Assembly: GCA_044226015.1 (NCBI GenBank)
Contig: JBGAHS010000007.1
Span: 480,001-544,000, forward strand
Reading direction: 5' to 3'
Length of the DNA: 64,000 nt
From: Candidatus Obscuribacteraceae bacterium
Lineage (GTDB): Bacteria; Cyanobacteriota; Vampirovibrionia; Obscuribacterales; Obscuribacteraceae
Part shown: one piece after another, positions 56,076 to 64,000 of the stretch
Layout: every line of letters begins with the position of its first letter
Position numbering within the stretch: position 1 is the first letter of the stretch
The notes under the pieces: generated by a model
Databases searched by the model: none
Seen by the model: the letters and a program-made list of their open reading frames with translations, nothing else
Told to the model about the DNA's origin: nothing
Position numbers and translations under genes: made by a program

Positions 56076-57681
56076 GTACTTCCGCCGATTTATTGATGGA
56101 GTGCTTCTTTTCAAACTCAAGCATTTCGGTTTCAAATCTGGACAATAATGACTGCTTTTCCTGGTCGGGTAGAAACGCAAATCGCAGGCTATTGCGCCCC
56201 AGTTCTTTAATGTCTCGCCATGCAAGTTGCGGATGGTTTTGTATTAGTTTCTGGAACTCACTGCTCATAGTTGTTCCAAATATTCCCCCATCATCGGTGC
56301 TAATAGAAACAGGAATGCCTTCGTGAAGAAGTTTGATTAGCTGCTGCTTTTGTACTGGTAGTCCGAGGAGAATTTGATTGCTAGTTGGGCAAGCCTCTAC
56401 GAGAATTTTTCTTTTCGCAAGAACCTTTCTAAGCGCTTTTGATTCCTTGCAGTTTATTCCAAGGTTGACACCATGCCCGATTCGAGTTGCTCCAAGCATA
56501 AGTGCCTCGGAGATGTGATTATCCCACTTTCGTGATTCACCAGCATGTATCGACAGCGCCACTGAGGGATATTTTTTTCGAAGCAGACGAATTGTTTTTG
56601 CCACCAGTAATGGGTCGATAAGCTTAACTTTGGATGCTTGCTTATTTGGGTATTCATCTCCACATAGATTTATTCCCGCTACAATTTTGCTTAAAGTGGG
56701 ATCTGATGCCAATGCAAATGCGAGGGGAAGCTTTCCCAAAACGCCAGGGTTCTCTCTGTTTAACGATATCAGAAATCGGACGCAGACTCGTTTTGAAGGC
56801 TGAAGGCTCGCATTGACGCTATCAGCAGCGCGGTCCAGACGAATGAGATTTTGTTTCAGCCTTTCAAATGAGAGAGGGCTTCGCTGCTTCCCAGATGGAA
56901 GGGTGCTACTTGCAACGGGCTCTTCATTTTTTTCTGTCACAGGAAGCGGATCAACGAAACTTGGATCAACTTGAATCTCGATATAGCAGAGTCTTTGCTT
57001 CGATGCTTGAATTACAGCTTGTTTTGCTATAGTTTCAGCGGAACTCATCTCTCTTACCAGGCTTCGTCGTCTTTGAAAAATTACCTCGCAGAATTTTTGA
57101 TGTGGGTCGCTATCTTGCGTGGATACTGTCTGTGCTCTGTTGAAATCAATCTTCGCTGCTTTCACTCTTACTGTTTTGGGTGGCAGTAGTGAATCTGGAG
57201 ACATGAACTGCGAACTTTGGAGAGCCGCTACAGGTGGCATTGCCACAAAAGAGTACGCGTCAGGATCTCGAATCCAGTGCTCGTTCGCTGGTAGCCGCAA
57301 GAGAAATCGAAAGCGTTTTTTATTTGATGCAATCTTCAGCAGTTCTTCCGGAGTTGGAATGCCACTTAGATGCGTATGAAGCTCAGCTCCTTTTGGCATT
57401 CTCTCGACGAACAGTTTTAGATCGGAGGGATTGTGGCGAATTCTCTGGAAGTATTGCTCGCAACAATTTTGAATTCGTGTCTGCTTCTGGTTCTGGTGCT
57501 CAGAATTACCTCTTTTGGCTTTGCTTGCTGAATAGTCATATCTGCTTTTGCTTTGTCCAACCGTTTTCGCTTCACTAGTTGTCGAAGCGTAGGATACGTA
57601 GTTGCTGTCGGCTGCCAGACCAATTAGTGTAAAGCCAACTAAGATGAGCTGGCTTTTGCGGAAGTCCTTCAGAAATTTCAT
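55972..57681 (-). CDS. adenosine/AMP deaminase family protein with N-terminal export signal
   Basis: MPKGAELHTHLSG, IHAGE, RIGHG, CPTSN, STDDGG; all metal and catalytic motifs present. Confidence 0.9.
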   Translation of the reverse strand: MKFLKDFRKSQLILVGFTLIGLAADSNYVSYASTTSEAKTVGQSKSRYDYSASKAKRGNSEHQNQKQTRIQNCCEQYFQRIRHNPSDLKLFVERMPKGAELHTHLSGIPTPEELLKIASNKKRFRFLLRLPANEHWIRDPDAYSFVAMPPVAALQSSQFMSPDSLLPPKTVRVKAAKIDFNRAQTVSTQDSDPHQKFCEVIFQRRRSLVREMSSAETIAKQAVIQASKQRLCYIEIQVDPSFVDPLPVTEKNEEPVASSTLPSGKQRSPLSFERLKQNLIRLDRAADSVNASLQPSKRVCVRFLISLNRENPGVLGKLPLAFALASDPTLSKIVAGINLCGDEYPNKQASKVKLIDPLLVAKTIRLLRKKYPSVALSIHAGESRKWDNHISEALMLGATRIGHGVNLGINCKESKALRKVLAKRKILVEACPTSNQILLGLPVQKQQLIKLLHEGIPVSISTDDGGIFGTTMSSEFQKLIQNHPQLAWRDIKELGRNSLRFAFLPDQEKQSLLSRFETEMLEFEKKHSINKSAEVLIPLRLSEQSEDAGDRKAVRLLHRGDPSDSRHLY

Positions 57682-58415
57682 TTTCGTATGTTCTGATACT
57701 CAAGTGAGAAATAATTTGTCGGAGGCATCAAGCACTTAGTCAGGCTTGCTGCCTCCAACAAGGAGGGCTCTTTCCATACTGATTTTGTGCGATAACAATG
57801 GAATGTATCGGGAACAACTTTGTGAGGTATGCCTGCTGCGAGCGTTTGGCAATTCCAGTGCCAATCTTCGTAAAAGAAACCTCCCGCCAGGTCGACAGCG
57901 CAGTACGGAAATTCAAGATAAATTTCACGCAGACCAAACGACGAGGGGAACCACGGGTTGTATTCGAACAAAATTGATTCGTCAAATGCTGAACTCTCTG
58001 AGTCTTGCATTTGCCAGATTCTATGTTCTGCGTCGAATAGTATCGCTGTCTCTGTATGGTAAACGACCCTTCTCGTATCCGATTCAGCCATTTGAATTGC
58101 TGCGAACAACCAGTTTTGGCTCCAGAGATCATCACCATCAACAAATGCCAGATATCTTCCTGTGGACTCTTGTGCTCCCAGGTTTCTGGCTAAGCCAAGG
58201 TCACCGAAATCGGCGTCTATGATTTGGGCAGTTTTGCGACAGAATTCATTGGTGAAGTTGACTGTTGCATCGTCTGCATCATCTCGGATAAACAGCGCCT
58301 CAACAGAAATAAAGTTCTGTTTGCAAAACTCTATGCTGGCATTGATAGCGTCTACAGTCTGGCGCAGCTGCCTGCCCTCGTTGTGACAGTTTACTATGAT
58401 TGAAATGTCAACCAT
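57678..58415 (-). CDS. glycosyltransferase family 2
   Basis: ISIIVNCHNEG, DLGLARNLG, FVDGDD, YEDW. Confidence 0.92.
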   Translation of the reverse strand: MVDISIIVNCHNEGRQLRQTVDAINASIEFCKQNFISVEALFIRDDADDATVNFTNEFCRKTAQIIDADFGDLGLARNLGAQESTGRYLAFVDGDDLWSQNWLFAAIQMAESDTRRVVYHTETAILFDAEHRIWQMQDSESSAFDESILFEYNPWFPSSFGLREIYLEFPYCAVDLAGGFFYEDWHWNCQTLAAGIPHKVVPDTFHCYRTKSVWKEPSLLEAASLTKCLMPPTNYFSLEYQNIRK

Positions 58416-60126
58416 TGTTTCCTCCCAACTCACCTTTCGTAGGACCAGAGTAACGCATCAGCCATAGAGTTTTTAAATTTGGAAGCTCCTCTATTTGAAA
58501 GTAAGCGCTCTTCTGAAAACGTGTGAAACATTCGTATGTGGGGTTGAAGATATACAGAGATTTGAATCCATTTGGTAAATCAGGTATTAGCTCGCTACTA
58601 CAAACTAAGAGCTTAACTTCGGGGTTCACGTAGTGGCTCAGTGTGAGCATGTAGGACATGTATTTGCGACCAATGGGGCAGATCACTAGCGGAGTGTCAG
58701 CTTGGTTGAGTACCTTTGCGATTTCTCTAGGCGTAACCTGGTGCATTGGCAAATCAGCATGTTCACTCGCCCTAGCTATATTCATTGAAGAAAGCAGTTC
58801 TAGTGAGAGGAACATTGACAGCAAGGTGTATCCCGTGAATCTAAGTGTGCGAGTTTTTGCAGCAACTAAATTCCCTAGAAGGAAAGCAACAGGAACAAGA
58901 AAGCCCAGAGCGCAAGGTATGAGGTATCGCGGTGTTTGGGATCTTACGCCACCATATATGATGTCGGGTAATGCCAGAGGAAGCAATACCGACAATATTA
59001 GGCACAATGCGTAGGCAAATTGTTTCTTGCCATTTTTCCACAACGAAAATGCACCGCTTACCGTTAGTAGAACTGTTAGTCCTGTTAAGACGATTTCGTA
59101 GCCGGGCAATTGAAAATAGAGATGATTCAGATTGTTCAACCATGCTTCAGTAAGCGATTGCATAGGGACTCTTCTTGTAAGCCACTTCAGCATTTCGTCA
59201 CTGACCTGTTTGTGAATCAGCATCTGAGTAGCCCAGGGAAGAAACAAGAGTCCTGCTACAGACAAGGCTATGGCATTGTTTGCTACTTGTTTTGACAGCC
59301 GTAATTTATTCGCACAACTGGTGTAAAGTAGCTGGGCAGCTCCGACCATAGCAGCAAATGGGTGTGTAAATAAACTGAGGACGCTGGTGGCACAGTAAGC
59401 AATCCAGCATGAACTCATACCGCTTCGCAGTGAGCGAAGAAGAAGATAGGAAGTCAAAGCTGTGAGTGTTATCCAGAGGCTGTATTGACGAGCGTACTGA
59501 GCGTACAGCAATTGGAAGGGCGACAGCGTAACTATGCAGCTCGCTATTGTCGCTGTTCTCAGGGCGGTTCGATTATAGCTATCTGTAGCTGAGCTGTCGC
59601 GGAATAGTTCGAAGAAGAAAAGAAAAGTGCATGGTATCAGGAATATGCTTATGATTGCTGGCAAAAGCCTCATCGCATGAACTTCATTGCCAAATCGATT
59701 TTGCCATGCCCAGGACAAAAGGAAGTATAGCGGCGGATGCTCGCCCCCGTTTTTCGCTAATGCACTTATACATCTAATCGGAGAATTTTGTGCTTCCTGG
59801 TACTTTTGCAAATCGCCCATTTTTATTATTCTGTTGGCAGATTGCAGCGGCACAACATCTTTGTAAGTGAAGCCGGCAACGTTTAGCGATGTGAGTGCTT
59901 CGTCGATGTAGTATTCTCGTTGTTCGAGATTGTTTAGTCTGAATAAAACGCCAATTACGAAGCAAGTTGCAAGAAGACTGTACAAGAGCTTGTGTTTCTT
60001 GAAGCCGTAGGCTTCAATTTTCGACGACTGTTTTCGTTCTTCTTTAACGTTGACTTCTCTTGCTGCAGCACTTGAAGCACAGCATTCTTCTTCGCATCTC
60101 GGCAATGTGTTGGACTGAGGCATCAT
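58408..60126 (-). CDS. GT-C fold membrane glycosyltransferase (PMT/ArnT-like)
   Basis: R...L......DE, EHPPLYF, R..PA, YAQYARQYSL, many TMs. Confidence 0.88.
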   Translation of the reverse strand: MMPQSNTLPRCEEECCASSAAAREVNVKEERKQSSKIEAYGFKKHKLLYSLLATCFVIGVLFRLNNLEQREYYIDEALTSLNVAGFTYKDVVPLQSANRIIKMGDLQKYQEAQNSPIRCISALAKNGGEHPPLYFLLSWAWQNRFGNEVHAMRLLPAIISIFLIPCTFLFFFELFRDSSATDSYNRTALRTATIASCIVTLSPFQLLYAQYARQYSLWITLTALTSYLLLRSLRSGMSSCWIAYCATSVLSLFTHPFAAMVGAAQLLYTSCANKLRLSKQVANNAIALSVAGLLFLPWATQMLIHKQVSDEMLKWLTRRVPMQSLTEAWLNNLNHLYFQLPGYEIVLTGLTVLLTVSGAFSLWKNGKKQFAYALCLILSVLLPLALPDIIYGGVRSQTPRYLIPCALGFLVPVAFLLGNLVAAKTRTLRFTGYTLLSMFLSLELLSSMNIARASEHADLPMHQVTPREIAKVLNQADTPLVICPIGRKYMSYMLTLSHYVNPEVKLLVCSSELIPDLPNGFKSLYIFNPTYECFTRFQKSAYFQIEELPNLKTLWLMRYSGPTKGELGGNNG

Positions 60127-62507
60127 CTGACACCACCAGTGTTACTGGTGCCTTGCACCGATAATAAGTGCTCTAGTGTTACCGTGCTCGGGCTGAAATC
60201 TGCCACCGCATAGTTGTTTTCTCTAGCTGTATTCTTTTGCGTCTGTTCATCAATGTCCCAGAAGGTGCTTACAAGTATTTTCCACTGATTCTCTTGTTCA
60301 AGGGAGAGCCGGTTAGTAATGTAGTTCATCACTTCGTCGCTGGTGACGTGTAATTCGTCAATAAAATCCATGCACCAATTCAGATTTGAAAGTTCGATTT
60401 TGTCTAGTTTGACTGAACTTTGCGTACTGCCAGCAAGGCAGACTTTCAATCTTGTGTACTGTTTGAGCTGTCGGTGGTAATCGCGAATCGCATTCCAGCC
60501 TATTTGCGAACCCACATTGAGCACAGAGTCTGGAGCTGATTGCAAAACCAGTCGCACTAGAATTTCTACTCGCTGTTTCGCATTGAGATTCTTGCCGATT
60601 TCGTTTAAGCAGATGCTGCGATAATTGTTAGCGCTTTTAATCAGCTTCTTTTGCTCATCAGTGTACAAAATCAAAATATCATCGGAATTTTGAATCGTTG
60701 TTCGGCACAGGTTGAAAGCGAAATTTGTTGATTTCTCAGTGGCGGTGCTTCCCAGCAAAATTAGATGTGTGAATGGCCGACTGAGCAGTTTCGACAGCTT
60801 GAGATAAGCCGCGCCCGCTGCTGATGTATCTGGCGCCTCGTACTTCGTATATCTACTTGCGTCTTTTAACTCCAGGAGCAGTGGCTCAATCTCGCATAGC
60901 TTTTGATAGTTGTCCTTCAGCGGACCGAGTAGCTTCTCCAAGTGTTTACTGCTGTTCAGATAGTCCGCGGACAGGCGAACAGGTGTTGTATCTTGAATGA
61001 TCTTGTGGTTGCGAACGCTCGCTGGTTCTTGAGAGCTTGGGTCTGTTGCACCGGTTCCGCTATTCGCGTAGCCTGTTAATTCTCGGTTGGGCTGAACGGT
61101 TGTCTTGCTGACTTCTTTGAGCAGCTGCAGGCTTGATTGTCTTTGGTTCAGTCGAATATTCTTCGGCGCTAGTCTTGGATTCGTTTTTTTGTAGATGCTT
61201 CGGTCGAATAACGCTGAATCCTTTTTCTCAGAGTCTAATCCAAAAAGTCTCCGCACATATAACATGACTTCGTCGAATATTCTTATTAGCTTCCAAGACT
61301 GGCTGTGTCTCACCCTTCTTATTTGAGAACGCAGATAATGTAAATATGATGTCTGGTTTTGAAGAAGTGATTTGCTGCTTTTATCAGATGAAAATTCGAG
61401 TGAAGGTTTTGCGGCAACCCCCTCAAAGAATCGATAATTCAATACTCGACTGGTTTCTCGCAGAGGTCGTGTAATGTGCCAGCCTGGTGCGATGAGCAGC
61501 TGTTGAAGATAGCGCTCCATGCGAGCTATGTGTCGTTCGTTGAGTTCTACCTTTCTCTCCATTCCCGGATGGACAATTTCTTGTTTGCTGTTTGCAATAA
61601 GTAAGAGCGAATGAAATGTAACTTCGTACAACGGGTTCTTTTTAGCGAAGTTTTCGAGTATTGAAATTTGCTTCTTATCTTTGATTGTGTAGTTTAGATG
61701 CTGTGACAACTCGATGATAGTGCTGCGGAAAAAACTCTCAGCTGAATAGCCGATCGCTGCAACGGAAGAGGCTATTCCTTTTGCAAACTGAATGTAATCG
61801 GTTGCGATTGCCAGACTTTGCATATTCTCAACAGACTGGCGTTTGGAATGCTCTCGAATGCTGCAGAGTTTTTCAGATGTGCAAACTAAGCTACCGCTCT
61901 CCAATAGCCGAAGCCAGTATTCCAGGTCACCTAAATGCTTATATCGAGTGTCGAATCCGCTAGCAACCAGGGCTCTCGGGAAGAGCACTGCTGCTGGTTC
62001 CCCTATTAAGTTTGTGATTGGGAAGACTGAACATTGCAGTACTTTCGAGCGTGAAACTAGCTGACCAGTGGAAAAAATGTCAGACACCGAAGGAATCGTC
62101 AGATAGTTGTTTTTGAGAATGATGCCATCACTATCAATCCATTCTCTGGCGGCGCAAGCCAGAGCCGTGTTTGAGTCGGACTGAATAAGTTTGACGAGTT
62201 TTTCAATTATTCGCGAATCGAATAAATCGTCTTGCGCAAAGGGTTTTATGTATTCACCTTTTGCAAGGCTCATACACTTGTTGTAATTTTCGAATAAGCC
62301 TAGCCGAAACTCGTTCTGGTAAAAGCGAATTCTCTTATCTTGAGCGGCCAGTCGCCGCACAATAGCTGCCGTGTCGTCGCTTGAACAGTCGTCAATAACT
62401 ATAAGTTCAATTTCATTGTGTGTCTGAACGAGTACGCTTGCTATGGCGCTCTCAATGTACTTGGCGCCATTCCAAACTGGCAGACAAACTGATACAAGAT
62501 GAGCCAT
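60123..62507 (-). CDS. multidomain glycosyltransferase (N-terminal GT2, long C-terminal extension)
   Basis: VSVCLPVWNG, IDDCSSD, FAQDD, IGEPAAVLF, DLEYWLR. Confidence 0.9.
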   Translation of the reverse strand: MAHLVSVCLPVWNGAKYIESAIASVLVQTHNEIELIVIDDCSSDDTAAIVRRLAAQDKRIRFYQNEFRLGLFENYNKCMSLAKGEYIKPFAQDDLFDSRIIEKLVKLIQSDSNTALACAAREWIDSDGIILKNNYLTIPSVSDIFSTGQLVSRSKVLQCSVFPITNLIGEPAAVLFPRALVASGFDTRYKHLGDLEYWLRLLESGSLVCTSEKLCSIREHSKRQSVENMQSLAIATDYIQFAKGIASSVAAIGYSAESFFRSTIIELSQHLNYTIKDKKQISILENFAKKNPLYEVTFHSLLLIANSKQEIVHPGMERKVELNERHIARMERYLQQLLIAPGWHITRPLRETSRVLNYRFFEGVAAKPSLEFSSDKSSKSLLQNQTSYLHYLRSQIRRVRHSQSWKLIRIFDEVMLYVRRLFGLDSEKKDSALFDRSIYKKTNPRLAPKNIRLNQRQSSLQLLKEVSKTTVQPNRELTGYANSGTGATDPSSQEPASVRNHKIIQDTTPVRLSADYLNSSKHLEKLLGPLKDNYQKLCEIEPLLLELKDASRYTKYEAPDTSAAGAAYLKLSKLLSRPFTHLILLGSTATEKSTNFAFNLCRTTIQNSDDILILYTDEQKKLIKSANNYRSICLNEIGKNLNAKQRVEILVRLVLQSAPDSVLNVGSQIGWNAIRDYHRQLKQYTRLKVCLAGSTQSSVKLDKIELSNLNWCMDFIDELHVTSDEVMNYITNRLSLEQENQWKILVSTFWDIDEQTQKNTARENNYAVADFSPSTVTLEHLLSVQGTSNTGGVR

Positions 62508-63004
62508 TGGCTCGGGGACCCCAGGTTCTAAGGCAATGTGATTGAAGAGACTCGTGATGAGAGGATGATACAGTTTTCAACAGGAGGCAAAAAGTATGTC
62601 GCCCTTATATATTCAAAAATTCATTTGTGCTCTGAATTTCGCGTGCTTGAAACTCCTGTAGGAAGCTCGTTTTCAGCTGTGCTCTTAGCTGAATTCTGAA
62701 CATGTCAGTTAATTCTCTCTAAGGCAGTGCCGTAAATTGTTCTATCGAGTGCTGGAAGTGAAATAGAGCATTGCCACCTCCGCATACAAGCGAAGTTGAG
62801 CCCTGGATAATGGGTTCAAGACCGAAGGTTCTCGCGGCTTCGCTGTCTAAATCGTGAGGTTTGGCGTAATTTGTAGTCCAGCCAACAGAAAAAACGTCGA
62901 CGATCGCATAAAATGGTCGGATTGTCGCAGTACCGTTGTACCGTTGTGGCTGGTCGATTTATTCCTTTCGGATGAATTGCAGTCGCAACTCAGGAGTTTT
63001 CGCA

Positions 63005-64000
63005 ATGTCTTTTAGAAAACGTACAGAAAAAGTTGGTGTTTCAGTGCTCGCTTTGTCACTGTCGCTGAGCCCATTACTGACACCCAAGGTACATGCTCAA
63101 AGCGCGGGACGACCTGGAGCTACTGCGACTACGGGAAATTTTGCCAATGCCAATCTCACTAATCTAGACCTGTCCTCATCATCGGCTGCGGTGTCCACGA
63201 AAAACACCACTCCTGTCAATATCGTGGTGGGTGGGTCAATGCAGCATGGAGCTGTTGCAGGCGGCACAGCGCTCACGATTTTGCCGGGTCAATTGGTAAC
63301 TCCGGCTCAATATCTTGCTGTTTTAGGTGCGATGAGCGGTCAGCAAACTCTTCTTTTGAATAATCAGGGCGCAGCCTTCGGTGGAACGACAAATTTGCGT
63401 TCGAGCAGCTTGCAAAATCTGACAGGTTTGACCGTACCTGCTGGGGTGTCGCTTCATGCCATAGGTTATAACGCCAATACTCCCTTGAATGTTGCTGGTG
63501 CCGTAAACATTGCGGGTGCGATGTATAACTTGCAAACGGCACCAAATGTGATGGCAGTGCTGAACATGGTGAATCTGAATGTCGCACCGGGCGGGTTATT
63601 AACTAGCAATCTGCCCACTGGGATGAGCATGCCGGGTGTGTTTGGCTCTTCGGGAATGCAACTGAACGTCTCGGGCAACGTCGTTAATCAAGGCACCATT
63701 AGCAGTACTGGTGACGTGAATATTTCTGCTCTCGGAAGTGTAACAAATCAGTCTGTATCGTCAGCAGCTCTTATATCAGGACAAAACGTCAATCTGTCGA
63801 TAGGTTCGGGATCTCTCGTGAACTCCGGGCTTATTCAAGCAGTTCAGTCTCTAAACATAAATAGCCCTAGCTCAAGCACGGACATTTCAATCAACAATAC
63901 AAACGGCATGCTCTCTGCGCTTGGAGCTGGAGGCATTCAAGGAATCATCAATATAAGAGAAGATGGTGCTGCTCTTGAGTTGGCAAATGTACGAGTTGTT
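63005..64000 (+). CDS. N-terminus (partial) of a large secreted filamentous-haemagglutinin-like beta-helix adhesin
   Basis: Not in ORF track. CAGGAG RBS, ATG 63005, MSFRKRTEKVGVSVLALSLSLSPLLTPKVHAQ signal peptide, then Asn/Gly/Ser-rich repeats (LNVSGNVVNQGTISSTG); open to the window end. Confidence 0.85.
   Translation, partial: MSFRKRTEKVGVSVLALSLSLSPLLTPKVHAQSAGRPGATATTGNFANANLTNLDLSSSSAAVSTKNTTPVNIVVGGSMQHGAVAGGTALTILPGQLVTPAQYLAVLGAMSGQQTLLLNNQGAAFGGTTNLRSSSLQNLTGLTVPAGVSLHAIGYNANTPLNVAGAVNIAGAMYNLQTAPNVMAVLNMVNLNVAPGGLLTSNLPTGMSMPGVFGSSGMQLNVSGNVVNQGTISSTGDVNISALGSVTNQSVSSAALISGQNVNLSIGSGSLVNSGLIQAVQSLNINSPSSSTDISINNTNGMLSALGAGGIQGIINIREDGAALELANVRVV

Overview
Bacterial chromosome segment, about 45-50% GC by eye. 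The gene content (cyanobacterial SigG-like sigma factor, tRNA without encoded CCA, lineage-typical secreted proteins and a giant adhesin N-terminus, no photosynthesis genes in view) suggests a non-photosynthetic relative of Cyanobacteria (Vampirovibrionia/Melainabacteria, Obscuribacterales-like); this is inference. The standout is a compact clock-like locus at 6.5-12.4 kb. It is a tightly coupled kaiB-kaiC-histidine kinase-bacteriophytochrome operon facing a divergent receiver-domain gene whose C-terminus resembles the KaiA C-terminal domain (KaiA3-like). Together these could form a complete KaiABC-type oscillator with its own biliverdin-type red-light sensor that lacks an output domain. The rest of the window holds: a chromate transporter, RlpA, a Tad minor-pilin cluster, CsbD, an ArsR-SRPBCC pair and two tripartite RND efflux systems; tRNA-Leu(TAG) followed by decayed defence genes (DUF3800 with an upstream structured RNA candidate, AbiEi/AbiEii) and a SWIM-finger gene pair; oxalate decarboxylase divergent from FdhF/YdeP-fdhD; a glycosyltransferase-adenosine deaminase operon; the start of a large adhesin; and several intergenic tandem-repeat arrays, none of them CRISPR. 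All family assignments come from motif recognition by eye; no searches were run.
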